From positions 1,795 through 65,794 of the IMG/VR virus record IMGVR_UViG_3300030329_003041: a DNA stretch of 64,000 bases. One strand, written 5' to 3'. This stretch comes from a virus. Its lineage: Duplodnaviria > Caudoviricetes. Made by a program: the position numbers and the translations under genes. Positions 8,321 to 18,678 of this stretch are shown here, in pieces; position 1 is the first letter of the stretch, and each line of letters opens with the position of its first letter. The notes beneath the pieces are model-generated. The model searched no databases, had not been told where the DNA came from, and saw only the letters and a list, made by a program, of their open reading frames with translations.

Positions 8321-10536
8321 TGTACGAGCAAACATTATATAAAATAATAGAACCTATAAAGCTTACTACTATTAAAAGACTTAATAAAGGTAAGAAGTGG
8401 AAACAAGGATATGATCCTGACCATGACATTATTATACTTGGTACTACAGGTCAAATAGGTGAAATATATGAAATACAAGGTTTAAAAATAGCTTTGCCAA
8501 AACCACCTAAAAGTATATATTCTAATGATAAAAAGAAGTGGGAGCAAATACCTAAACCTGATATACTTAAAAAGATAAAAACTATATTTGATTGGCGTGC
8601 ATATCCTGAAGAGCAAAAACCTCAATGGTATGATTATATAGATGAAGAATTTAAACGCCGCGAAGATGGTTTTTGGTTTAATAATGATGGAATCCCAACT
8701 TATATAACAGGTAGTCATTATATGTATTTACAATGGAGTAAGATTGACGTAGGTGCCCCTGATTTTCGTGAAGCAAATAGATTATTCTTTTTATTTTGGG
8801 AAGCTTGTAAATTAGATAAGCGATGCTACGGAATGTGTTATTTGAAAAACAGACGTTCTGGTTTCTCATTTATGAGTTCAGCAGAAGCTGTGAATCAAGC
8901 TACAATATCTAGCGACTCAAGATTTGGTATACTATCAAAAAGTGGTAGTGATGCTAAGAAGATGTTTACAGACAAAGTAGTACCAATATCTATAAATTAT
9001 CCTTTTTTCTTTAAACCTATCCAAGATGGTATGGATAGACCTAAGTCAGAACTTGCTTATCGTGTTCCTGCTAGTAAATTTACTCGTAAGAAATTAGATA
9101 CTAACGAAAAGTTAGAAGATATAAAAGGTCTTGATACAACTATTGACTGGAAGAATACTGGTGATAATAGTTATGATGGTGAAAAGCTTTCTCTATTAGT
9201 ACATGATGAAAGTGGTAAATGGGAGAGACCTGATAATATACTTAATAACTGGCGAGTGACTAAAACTTGTTTAAGGTTAGGTAGTAGAATTATAGGTAAG
9301 TGTATGATGGGATCAACATCTAATGCTTTAGATAAAGGTGGTGATAACTTTAAAAAATTATATAACGACAGCGATGTCACAAAACGTAATAAAAATGGTC
9401 AAACACGATCTGGTTTATATTCTTTGTTTATCCCAATGGAATGGAACTTTGAAGGTTTTATTGACGAGTTTGGAAGACCAGTATTCAGTACTCCAACACA
9501 AGACGTTTATGGACCAGACGGTGAACTAATTGATGTTGGTGTAATTGATCACTGGGATAATGAAGTTGAAGGTCTGAAAGAAGATCAAGATGCATTAAAT
9601 GAATTTTATCGTCAATTCCCAAGAACTGAAGAGCATGCTTTTAGAGATGAAACAAAAAATAGTTTATTTAATCTTGTAAAAATATACGAGCAAATAGATT
9701 ATAATGAAGGTATTAGAAATTCAGCAGTAACGACTACTGGAAGCTTCCAATGGGTTGGTGGTGTAAAAGATACTAGTGTTGTTTTTAATCCAGATCCAAC
9801 TGGAAGATTTAAAATTAGCTGGGTACCGCCTCAAAATCTTCAAAATAGAGTGATAGTTAAAAATGGGGTTAAATATCCTGGAAATGAACATATGGGAGCT
9901 TTTGGCTGTGATAGCTATGATATTAGTGGAACAGTTGATGGACGTGGATCAAACGGTGCTCTTCATGGTTTAACTAAATTCAGCATGGAAGATTCCCCAG
10001 CAAACACATTCTTTTTAGAATACATTGCTAGACCTCAAACCGCTGAAATATTTTTTGAAGATGTATTGATGGCTTGTGTATTTTATGGCATGCCATTATT
10101 AGCAGAGAATAATAAACCAAGACTTTTATATTATTTTAAACGAAGAGGTTATAGAGGGTTTAGTATGAATAGACCTGATAAAATCTGGAACAAATTGTCC
10201 GCAGCTGAAAAAGAAGTTGGTGGTATACCAAACTCTAGTGAGGATATTAAACAAGCTCACGCCGCGGCAATTGAAATGTATATCAATGATCATATTGGTC
10301 ATTTAGGTGAAGGTAATTATGGTACTATGTACTTTAACGAAACACTTAATGACTGGGCAAAATTTGATATAACTAAAAGAACTAAGTTTGATGCGGCTAT
10401 AAGTTCAGGATTAGCTATCATGGGTTGTAATAGACATTTGTACTCTCCTAAAGCACCTTCTTATAAACCAAAGTTAAACATAAATATAAGTAAATATAAA
10501 CAAGATGGTTTTACATCTAAAATAATTAAAAGATAA
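8320..10536 (+). CDS. terL: terminase large subunit
   Basis: Walker A LKNRRSGFS, Walker B LLVHDESGKW, motif III GSTSN, nuclease GCDSYD...FDAAISSG; precedes portal. Confidence 0.93.
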   Translation: MYEQTLYKIIEPIKLTTIKRLNKGKKWKQGYDPDHDIIILGTTGQIGEIYEIQGLKIALPKPPKSIYSNDKKKWEQIPKPDILKKIKTIFDWRAYPEEQKPQWYDYIDEEFKRREDGFWFNNDGIPTYITGSHYMYLQWSKIDVGAPDFREANRLFFLFWEACKLDKRCYGMCYLKNRRSGFSFMSSAEAVNQATISSDSRFGILSKSGSDAKKMFTDKVVPISINYPFFFKPIQDGMDRPKSELAYRVPASKFTRKKLDTNEKLEDIKGLDTTIDWKNTGDNSYDGEKLSLLVHDESGKWERPDNILNNWRVTKTCLRLGSRIIGKCMMGSTSNALDKGGDNFKKLYNDSDVTKRNKNGQTRSGLYSLFIPMEWNFEGFIDEFGRPVFSTPTQDVYGPDGELIDVGVIDHWDNEVEGLKEDQDALNEFYRQFPRTEEHAFRDETKNSLFNLVKIYEQIDYNEGIRNSAVTTTGSFQWVGGVKDTSVVFNPDPTGRFKISWVPPQNLQNRVIVKNGVKYPGNEHMGAFGCDSYDISGTVDGRGSNGALHGLTKFSMEDSPANTFFLEYIARPQTAEIFFEDVLMACVFYGMPLLAENNKPRLLYYFKRRGYRGFSMNRPDKIWNKLSAAEKEVGGIPNSSEDIKQAHAAAIEMYINDHIGHLGEGNYGTMYFNETLNDWAKFDITKRTKFDAAISSGLAIMGCNRHLYSPKAPSYKPKLNINISKYKQDGFTSKIIKR

Positions 10537-10538
10537 TT

Positions 10539-12956
10539 ATGGCTGAGTCAGTTGTAAAGAGTTTTTTTCCAAGTCAAGCAGTTAGTGATATTGAGAAAAT
10601 GACTAACGAGTACGGTTTAAAAGTAGCAAGAGCTATTGAGCAAGAATGGTTTTCTAGTGATAGAGGATCAAGAGCCGGTAGACATATAAATACTAAAAAT
10701 GATTTCCACAACTTAAGATTGTATGCTAGAGGTGAACAATCTATTCAAAAGTATAAAGATGAGTTATCTATAAATGGTGACTTAAGTTACTTAAATTTAG
10801 ACTGGAAACCAGTACCTATTATACCTAAGTTCGTCGATATTGTAGTTAATGGCTTAGCTCAAAGAAATTATGATATTAAAGCATACTCACAGGATCCTTA
10901 TGGAGTGGAAAAACGTACTGAGTATATGGAAAGCATACTTAGAGATTTAAGATCAAAAGAATATACTGATTTAGTAATGCAAGCAACTGGCGTTGATTTA
11001 ACAGAAAATGATATGTCAGATATGCCTGAAAATGAAGAAGAGTTAAAACTACACATGCAAATGACTTATAAGCAAGCTGTAGAGTTAGCTGAAGAACAGG
11101 CTATAAATGTTTTACTTGAAGGTAGTAATTATGAATTAATTAAACGTAGATTTTTCTACGATTTAACAGTATTAGGAATTGGTGCTGTAAAAACTAGTTT
11201 TGATACTTCAAGAGGTGTTGTTGTTGAATATGTTGATCCAGCAGATTTAGTTTACTCTAAAACAGAATCCCCCTATTTTGATGATATATATTATGTTGGT
11301 GAAGTTAAACATGTACCTATTAATGAATTAGTAGTTCAATTCCCTGACTTAACTGAAGAACAAATAAAAGAAATATCTGAAACTAATAATTACGATAAAG
11401 GTAATTACAATACTCAAAGAGATTATGATAATAACCAGGTTCAAGTCTTATACTTCAACTGGAAAACTCACAAAAACGAAACCTACAAAATTAAAGAAGT
11501 TGGTTCAGGTGCTGAGAAAGCCATTGAGAAAGATGATACATTTAATCCTCCAAAAGATTTAGACGGAAACTTTATTAAATTACAAAGACAAATAGAGTGC
11601 TTGTATGAAGGAGCTTTAATATTAGGTACTGATAAATTACTTAAATGGGAGATAGCTAGAAACATGCTACGCCCTAAAAGTGATTTTACTAAAGTTAAAA
11701 TGAATTATAGTATTGTAGCACCTAGAATGTATAATGGTCGTATTGAATCATTAGTAAAGCGTATAACTGGTTTTGCTGATATGATACAGTTAACACACTT
11801 AAAGTTACAGCAAGTATTATCTCGCATGGTACCAGATGGTGTTTATTTAGATGCTGATGGTTTAGCCGAAATAGACTTAGGTAACGGTACAAACTATAAT
11901 CCACAAGAAGCATTAAATATGTTCTTCCAAACAGGTTCTGTTATTGGTAGATCATTTACTGAAACTGGAGATATGAATCCAGGTAAAGTGCCTATACAGG
12001 AAATATCAAGTGGATCAGGTGGTCAAAAAATGCAAAGCTTAATTGCTACGTATAATTACTACTTACAAATGATTCGTGATGTCACCGGACTGAATGAAGC
12101 TAGAGATGGTACAACACCTGATAAAAATGCTTTAGTTGGTGTTCAAAAACTAGCAGCTGCTAATAGTAACACTGCTACAAGACATATATTACAGTCTGGG
12201 TTATTCTTAACTGTTGAAGTGGCTGAGCAATTATCACTTAGAATATCAGACATTATTGAGTACTCTCCAACTAAAGAAGCTTTTATACATGCTTTAGGTG
12301 CTCACAACGTAGCTACATTAGAAGAAATGTGTAGTTTACATTTGTATGACTTTGGTATATTTATTGATTTAGCACCAGATGAAGAAGAAAAAGCTATGCT
12401 TGAAAACAATATACAACAAGCTTTAGCTCAAGGTGGTATAGATTTAGAGGATGCAATAGATGTGAGAGATATTAAAAATATCAAATTGGCTAATCAAGTA
12501 TTAAAGATTAGACGTAAGAAAAAACAAGAGCGTGATCAATTAGTTCAACAGCAAAATATTAAAGCACAAGCTGACGCTAATGCCCAAGCACAACAAGTTG
12601 CAGCTCAAGCAGAGATGCAGAAAGATCAAGCAAAGATGCAAGGTCAAGCTCAATTAGAGCAAGTTAAAGCTCAATTTGAAGCTGAAAAATTAAAACAAGA
12701 ATTAGCTGGTAAAAAAGAGTTAATGATGTTAGAGTTTCAAATAAACCAACAATTAAAAAGTATGGATCAAAGCACTGTAAATGCTAAAGAAAAGATGAAA
12801 GAAGATCGTAAAGATGAGAGAACTAGAATCCAAGCGTCACAGCAAAGTGAACTTATAGAGCAAAGAAAAACAGGTAATCCACCTAAAAACTTTGAATCAT
12901 CAGGTAATGATATACTTGGTGGTGGTATGGGATTAGAAGATTTTAATCCTAGATAA
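10539..12956 (+). CDS. portal protein
   Basis: 805 aa after terL; PIIPKFVDIVVNG motif; Gln-rich C-terminal barrel. Confidence 0.88.
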   Translation: MAESVVKSFFPSQAVSDIEKMTNEYGLKVARAIEQEWFSSDRGSRAGRHINTKNDFHNLRLYARGEQSIQKYKDELSINGDLSYLNLDWKPVPIIPKFVDIVVNGLAQRNYDIKAYSQDPYGVEKRTEYMESILRDLRSKEYTDLVMQATGVDLTENDMSDMPENEEELKLHMQMTYKQAVELAEEQAINVLLEGSNYELIKRRFFYDLTVLGIGAVKTSFDTSRGVVVEYVDPADLVYSKTESPYFDDIYYVGEVKHVPINELVVQFPDLTEEQIKEISETNNYDKGNYNTQRDYDNNQVQVLYFNWKTHKNETYKIKEVGSGAEKAIEKDDTFNPPKDLDGNFIKLQRQIECLYEGALILGTDKLLKWEIARNMLRPKSDFTKVKMNYSIVAPRMYNGRIESLVKRITGFADMIQLTHLKLQQVLSRMVPDGVYLDADGLAEIDLGNGTNYNPQEALNMFFQTGSVIGRSFTETGDMNPGKVPIQEISSGSGGQKMQSLIATYNYYLQMIRDVTGLNEARDGTTPDKNALVGVQKLAAANSNTATRHILQSGLFLTVEVAEQLSLRISDIIEYSPTKEAFIHALGAHNVATLEEMCSLHLYDFGIFIDLAPDEEEKAMLENNIQQALAQGGIDLEDAIDVRDIKNIKLANQVLKIRRKKKQERDQLVQQQNIKAQADANAQAQQVAAQAEMQKDQAKMQGQAQLEQVKAQFEAEKLKQELAGKKELMMLEFQINQQLKSMDQSTVNAKEKMKEDRKDERTRIQASQQSELIEQRKTGNPPKNFESSGNDILGGGMGLEDFNPR

Positions 12957-12978
12957 TTACTAATTTTTATTTTATATT

Positions 12979-14160
12979 ATGGAAGAAAACAAAGAAGTAG
13001 TTGAAGAAACTACACAAGAAACCACTCAACCTCAGATCGATGAATCTAAGTTTGAGTCCGCTGGAGATGATTCAGTGTACAAAGTTGATTTAAGTAAACC
13101 AATAGTTAATGAAGAACCAACAGAAACTGAAGAAGACACAACTGACACAGCAGGAGTGGTGGGAAGCGATGAAGACTCCGGATCCACAGAAGAGCAAGAA
13201 GAAGTACAGTCGGAAACAGAAGTACAAGAAACAGAAATACCAGTATTAGAAGAGGTAACCAATGAAGAAGTTGAAGAAGTAGCTGAAAAAGTTGAAGAAG
13301 CTATTGCTAAAGCAGAGGAGACTGGGGAGCCTATACCTGAAGATGTTCAGAAGTTATTAGACTTTATGAATGAAACTGGTGGTACTTTAGAGGATTATGT
13401 AGAGTTAAATAAAGATTATAGTGATCTTGATAATAAAACAGCTTTACTTGAGTATTATAAAAGAACTAAACCGCACTTAGATGCGGAAGAAATAGATTTC
13501 TTAATAGAAGATTCATTTAGCTACGATGAAGAGTTAGATGATGAAAGAGAAGTTAGAAGAAAAAAATTAGCGCTTAAAGAGCAAGTTGCCAGCGCGAAAG
13601 CCTACTTAGACGGGCAAAAGTCTAAATATTACAATGAAATTAAAGCAGGAAGTAGATTAACGCCTGAAGCGCAGAAAGCTATGGACTTCTTTAATAGATA
13701 CAATAAAGAATCAGAGACGAATAAACAGTTAGCTGAGAAACAAAAGTCTGTATTTGACAAGAAGACTAATCAAGTCTTTAACGACAATTTCAAAGGTTTT
13801 GAATACAACGTCGGAGATAAGAAATACAGATTTAATGTTAAAAACGCAGATGACGTAAAGTCTACTCAAAGTGACATCAACAACTTCATTAACAAGTTTG
13901 TTAATAGCGACGGTGTAATAGATGATGCTAAGAGTTATCATAAAGCTTTATATTCTGCAATGAATGCTGACGCTATCGCTCAACACTTTTATGAACAAGG
14001 TAAAGCTGATGCTTTGAAAGACAGTGTTGCTAAAAGCAAAAATGTCAATATGAATCCTCGTCAAGAACGTGGAGGTCAAGTAGAAGGCGGAGGCATAAAG
14101 TTTAAAGTGCTAGGTGATAATTCTTCTGATTTTAAATTTAAAATTAAAAATAAAAAATAA
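12979..14160 (+). CDS. capsid scaffolding protein
   Basis: very acidic N-terminal half; lies between portal and capsid genes. Confidence 0.7.
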   Translation: MEENKEVVEETTQETTQPQIDESKFESAGDDSVYKVDLSKPIVNEEPTETEEDTTDTAGVVGSDEDSGSTEEQEEVQSETEVQETEIPVLEEVTNEEVEEVAEKVEEAIAKAEETGEPIPEDVQKLLDFMNETGGTLEDYVELNKDYSDLDNKTALLEYYKRTKPHLDAEEIDFLIEDSFSYDEELDDEREVRRKKLALKEQVASAKAYLDGQKSKYYNEIKAGSRLTPEAQKAMDFFNRYNKESETNKQLAEKQKSVFDKKTNQVFNDNFKGFEYNVGDKKYRFNVKNADDVKSTQSDINNFINKFVNSDGVIDDAKSYHKALYSAMNADAIAQHFYEQGKADALKDSVAKSKNVNMNPRQERGGQVEGGGIKFKVLGDNSSDFKFKIKNKK

Positions 14161-14182
14161 CTTAATTTAAAAACATTTAATT

Positions 14183-15625
14183 ATGGCAATTACAAGTTTT
14201 AACGGAGGGGCTGGTCCTGATGCGGCTCCACGTAAACAAACGCTTGCTTCTAACTACGTAGATTTTTTATCTGCTGATACTGAAGGTTGGGCGCAACAAT
14301 ACTTACCAGATCTTATGGAAAAAGAAGCTGAGATCTATGGTAAAAGAACTATTTCTGGCTTCTTATCTCAAATTGGTGCTGAAGAAGCTTCTGCGTCTGA
14401 CCGAGTAGTTTGGTCTGAACAAGGTCGTCTTCACTTAGCGTATACTTGTAAGTATAAAGATTCTAATAATGTTTATACTATTGAAAACGATATTGATGGT
14501 AATACTGTAGGTGCTGATCACGGTATTCGCGTAGGTGATATGGTAGTTATGTCTAATGCTTCAGCTACTGCTAAAGGTTATGTATCTGCTGTTTCTAGTG
14601 CTGATGTAACAGTATTAGCTTATGCAGATGGTAACATGGTTGATGCAGACGCATTAAATTCTAATACTGTATCTTCTGAAGATACTAGAATTTTAGTTAT
14701 TGGTTCTGAATTTGAAAAAGGGTCTAACGCTCGTTCAGGTGCTAATGCTCCTAAATTCAAATCTTACCAACAAAAACACATAATCCTAAGAGATTACTAC
14801 GAAATATCAGGTTCTGATGCTTCTCAAATCGGTTGGGTTGAAGTTTCTGGTGAAGAAGGACAAAATGGTTACTTGTGGTATTTAAAAGCTGAAGGTGATA
14901 CTCGTGCTCGTTTCGCTGATTACTTAGAAATGACTATGCTAGAAGCTGAGACTGCTCACGCTGATGCTGGTGCAATTGGTGGTACTGACGGTGATGCACT
15001 ACAAGATGGTATGGAAGGTTTATTCCAATCTATTACATCTCGAGGTCACTCTTCAACTGGTATTACTGGTGTAAATGCTGCTACTGACTTAGCTGAATTT
15101 GACGCTATGTTAGCTGTATTTGACCAAAACGGTGCTATTGAAGAAAACATGTTGTTTGTAGATCGTTCTACTAGCTTAGCTATAGATGATATGCTTGCTT
15201 CTATGAATTCTTATGGTACTGGTGGTACTTCTTATGGGGTATTTAACAACAGCGAGAACATGGCACTTAATTTAGGTTTCACTGGTTTCCGAAGAGGTTC
15301 TTATGATTTCTACAAGTCTGACTTTAAATATTTGAATGACAAAGGAACTCGTGGTGGTCTTAACGATACTGTTAATAATATTCGTGGTGTAGTTGTACCT
15401 GCTGGTGTATCTTCAGTTTATGATGAAGTGTTAGGTAGAAACTTAAAACGTCCATTCTTACATGTACGTTATAGAGCTTCTCAAACTGAATCTCGTAAGT
15501 TGAAAACTTGGGTTACTGGTTCTGTAGGAGCTACTACTTCAGGTGTTGATGCGATGCAAGTTCACTACTTATCAGAAAGATGTTTAGTTACTCAAGGTGC
15601 TAACAACTTTATGTTATTGAACTAA
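14183..15625 (+). CDS. major capsid protein
   Basis: 480 aa; strongly biased codons; position after scaffold; followed by a strong terminator. Confidence 0.85.
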   Translation: MAITSFNGGAGPDAAPRKQTLASNYVDFLSADTEGWAQQYLPDLMEKEAEIYGKRTISGFLSQIGAEEASASDRVVWSEQGRLHLAYTCKYKDSNNVYTIENDIDGNTVGADHGIRVGDMVVMSNASATAKGYVSAVSSADVTVLAYADGNMVDADALNSNTVSSEDTRILVIGSEFEKGSNARSGANAPKFKSYQQKHIILRDYYEISGSDASQIGWVEVSGEEGQNGYLWYLKAEGDTRARFADYLEMTMLEAETAHADAGAIGGTDGDALQDGMEGLFQSITSRGHSSTGITGVNAATDLAEFDAMLAVFDQNGAIEENMLFVDRSTSLAIDDMLASMNSYGTGGTSYGVFNNSENMALNLGFTGFRRGSYDFYKSDFKYLNDKGTRGGLNDTVNNIRGVVVPAGVSSVYDEVLGRNLKRPFLHVRYRASQTESRKLKTWVTGSVGATTSGVDAMQVHYLSERCLVTQGANNFMLLN

Positions 15626-15629
15626 TATA

Positions 15630-15661
15630 GGATGGGGCTTCGGCCCCACCTTATTTTTTTT
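15630..15661 (+). terminator. intrinsic terminator after the capsid gene
   Basis: TGGGGC-TTCG-GCCCCA hairpin (cUUCGg) + T tract. Confidence 0.88.
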
Positions 15662-15681
15662 AATTTTTATTTTATTATATT

Positions 15682-16527
15682 ATGGCAAAGAAGAAAACTA
15701 CGGCGAAAGCCCAAACTGTAGCAACCGCTCCAGTACAAGAAACTTTAGCTACCAATGAGATGGTAGAAGCTAAAGTTGAAATTAAAGAACAACCAAAAAA
15801 AGACACTTGGGAGATTAAAGATAGAATGTATTACTTAACAGGTAATAAAACTCCTTTAACAAAGTTAATAAGAGGAAGTAATATATTTTATTTTGATGAA
15901 GAAGCGGGTTATGAAAGAGAGTTGAAGTACACTTCAAATCAAAGAACTTGTTTTGTAGATGAAATGAAAGGTGAGCAAAGATTAGAGCATATTATATTTC
16001 AAAATGGTGCTTTAATGGTTCCTAAAACTAAAACTGTTTTACAAAAACTACTCTCATTATATCACCCTCATAGAGATAAAGTGTATAAAGAACACAAACC
16101 TCAGCAAATAGCCGCTAATCAAATTGACATGTTAGAGCTTGAAATAGAAGCATTAACAACTGCTCAAAATTTAGATATTGATATAGCTGAAGCTGTTATG
16201 CGTGTAGAGATTGGTTCTGAAGTTAATAGGATGAGTTCTAAGGAGCTTAAAAGAGATTTACTATTATATGCTAAGAGAAATCCAGGTTTGTTCTTAGAAT
16301 TGGTGAATGATGATAACGTACAATTACGTAACTTTGGTATTAAAGCTACTGAGTTAGGTATTATTAAACTATCAAATGACCAACGCACATTTATGTGGGG
16401 TACAAATGATAGAAAATTATGTACTGTTCCTTTCGATGAACACCCGTACTCTGCTTTAGCCGCATGGTTTAAAACAGATGAAGGTATGGAGATATATTCT
16501 AACATTGAAAAACGTTTAAACGCGTAA
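15682..16527 (+). CDS. hypothetical protein in the head module
   Basis: 281-aa ORF. Confidence 0.8.
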   Translation: MAKKKTTAKAQTVATAPVQETLATNEMVEAKVEIKEQPKKDTWEIKDRMYYLTGNKTPLTKLIRGSNIFYFDEEAGYERELKYTSNQRTCFVDEMKGEQRLEHIIFQNGALMVPKTKTVLQKLLSLYHPHRDKVYKEHKPQQIAANQIDMLELEIEALTTAQNLDIDIAEAVMRVEIGSEVNRMSSKELKRDLLLYAKRNPGLFLELVNDDNVQLRNFGIKATELGIIKLSNDQRTFMWGTNDRKLCTVPFDEHPYSALAAWFKTDEGMEIYSNIEKRLNA

Positions 16528-16539
16528 CTATCTTATAGT

Positions 16540-16572
16540 AGAGTAGCCACTCTAAGGTAGGGTGGCTACTTT
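16540..16572 (+). terminator. hairpin / probable terminator
   Basis: AGAGTAGCCACTCTA-AGG-TAGGGTGGCTACTTT. Confidence 0.65.
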
Positions 16573-16590
16573 AACTATAAAATAATAGCG

Positions 16591-17784
16591 ATGTCAGTAA
16601 GCATAAACAATGTATACCAAAAGGTATTGGCAATAGCCAATAAAGAACAAAGAGGTTATATCACACCTCAAGAATTCAATTTATTTGCAGATCAAGCACA
16701 AAAAGAAATATTTGAACAGTATTTCTACGATATAAATCAGTTTAACCGCATTCCTGGTAATCAAACTGAGTTTTCAGATCAATTATACATGTTGGAAGAG
16801 AAAATAGCTCCGTTTAGAGTTAATGGAGCTTCAATGGTATCTTCTACTGAGTTGCTCACTAGATCTACTTTTGAAGATGGAGTTACAACAGGTTGGACAG
16901 ATGCTACTAATAATAATTCTGCACCCTCAGTAGTAGCTAATGCTAGCAATAATTATGTATCTAGTTTAAAGTTAATAAATGATGGTTCTGATGTTGATCC
17001 AGGTGTTTATCAAGACGTAACACTTTCAACTTCTAAAAAGTATAGACTTAAAGTTAAAGTGTCTTATGCTAATGATCCTAGTGGAGCTGGAGATATTGTT
17101 GGTTTAAAACTTTTAGCATTTGCTATTGCTGGCGCTGATGATGGTTACTATATTTTACAAACTAAAGCAGTTACTAATGGTGAGTATTTTTTAGATATTG
17201 AACCATTAGATTATGCAGGCGGTGGAGGAGCAACTGAATCATATAGATTATACGTCCAACTTGAAGAAAATACTTTAGATAGTACTGAAATACATTTTTC
17301 TGAAATAAGTCTTAAAGAATTAGATAACACAACTTTAGCCACTGACATATATAGATTAGGAGAGGTTTTATATAAAGATACTGGTTCTTCGTATGCAACA
17401 CAAGTAAGTGAAGTTAATACTAATGAATTAACAAATTACAATTTATCTCCTTTAACTAGACCAACAGTTAGTAATCCTCTATACGTTAGATCGAGTAGTA
17501 CATCTATAACTATATATCCAACAATATTAACTAGTGGATCTTCTATCACTTATAATTATATTAAAAATCCAGTTAGTCCTAAATGGACTTATAATGTTGT
17601 TTTAGGTAAAGCTGTTTATAATAGCTCATCAAGTGATGCTAAAGACTTTGAATTACATGAATCTGAGGAAAATAATTTGGTTTATAAAATATTACAATTA
17701 GCAGGTATATCAATGAGAGATGCTGATATTGCTCAAGCTGGTTCAAATAAAGAAGTACAAGAAGTTCAACAACAAAAATCTTAG
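16591..17784 (+). CDS. tail ring/head-tail connector protein with inserted carbohydrate-binding-like domain
   Basis: NKEQRGYITPQEFN N-terminus and YIKNP..PKW..FELH C-terminus typical of crAss-like ring proteins; internal STFEDG..GW...VYQDVTL..KKYRL insert. Confidence 0.7.
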   Translation: MSVSINNVYQKVLAIANKEQRGYITPQEFNLFADQAQKEIFEQYFYDINQFNRIPGNQTEFSDQLYMLEEKIAPFRVNGASMVSSTELLTRSTFEDGVTTGWTDATNNNSAPSVVANASNNYVSSLKLINDGSDVDPGVYQDVTLSTSKKYRLKVKVSYANDPSGAGDIVGLKLLAFAIAGADDGYYILQTKAVTNGEYFLDIEPLDYAGGGGATESYRLYVQLEENTLDSTEIHFSEISLKELDNTTLATDIYRLGEVLYKDTGSSYATQVSEVNTNELTNYNLSPLTRPTVSNPLYVRSSSTSITIYPTILTSGSSITYNYIKNPVSPKWTYNVVLGKAVYNSSSSDAKDFELHESEENNLVYKILQLAGISMRDADIAQAGSNKEVQEVQQQKS

Positions 17785-17787
17785 TAA

Positions 17788-18675
17788 ATGGGACTGATAA
17801 ATCAAACGGGTAATGCATATTATAATTCTAATGATCTTGGTAGTTATCAATTTACATCCTTACAAGATATAGTAGATCAATTTATGATTGCATATGTAGG
17901 CGAGGATAAAATTATTAGTAAAATTAAAAAACCTGATATTTTATTTCATGCTAAAAGAGCTCTACAAGAGTTTAGTTTTGATACTTTTAAATCTATTAAA
18001 GCTTACGAGATAGTAGTGCCAGCTACTCTTGCTATGCCTTTACCTCAAGATTATGTTAATTATACAAAACTTTGTTGGGTAGATGCTTCAGGTATAGAAC
18101 ATAGAATATATCCGACTTCAGACACTAGTAACCCTTCAAATATAGCTCAAACAGGTACACCAGGAACAGCTCCATATTATGAATTTACTGATAATGAGTT
18201 AGTTTTAGATACTGAATCTGATACATTGTCAAACTTTAAAGCTAATAATCCTTCAGAAAATAAAGTAAATGATTTTAACTATGATGATGAGCTTTATGAC
18301 CCTAATATTGGCCAACGTTTTGGTTTAGATCCTCAAAGAGCTCAAATAAATGGTAGTTTTTATATAGATGAAACAAGGGGATTTATTAGATTTAGTTCGA
18401 ATTTGTCAAGTAAAACTTTAATATTAAAGTATATTAGTGATAGTTTAGGCACTGATGCTGAAATGCAAGTACATAAATTTGCAGAAGAAGCTATGTATAA
18501 ACAAATAGCTTATGCTGTAGTTTCAACAAGATCTAACACACCTGAATACATAGTAAATAGATTTAGAAAAGAAGCTTTCGCGACTAAACGTAAAGCTAAA
18601 CTTAGATTATCAAACATTAAAATAGAAGAAATAACTCAAGTTTTAAGAGGTAAATCTAAACACATCAAACACTAA
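17788..18675 (+). CDS. tail ring / tubular protein
   Basis: LPQDYVNY motif; position before the muzzle gene. Confidence 0.7.
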   Translation: MGLINQTGNAYYNSNDLGSYQFTSLQDIVDQFMIAYVGEDKIISKIKKPDILFHAKRALQEFSFDTFKSIKAYEIVVPATLAMPLPQDYVNYTKLCWVDASGIEHRIYPTSDTSNPSNIAQTGTPGTAPYYEFTDNELVLDTESDTLSNFKANNPSENKVNDFNYDDELYDPNIGQRFGLDPQRAQINGSFYIDETRGFIRFSSNLSSKTLILKYISDSLGTDAEMQVHKFAEEAMYKQIAYAVVSTRSNTPEYIVNRFRKEAFATKRKAKLRLSNIKIEEITQVLRGKSKHIKH

Positions 18676-18678
18676 GAT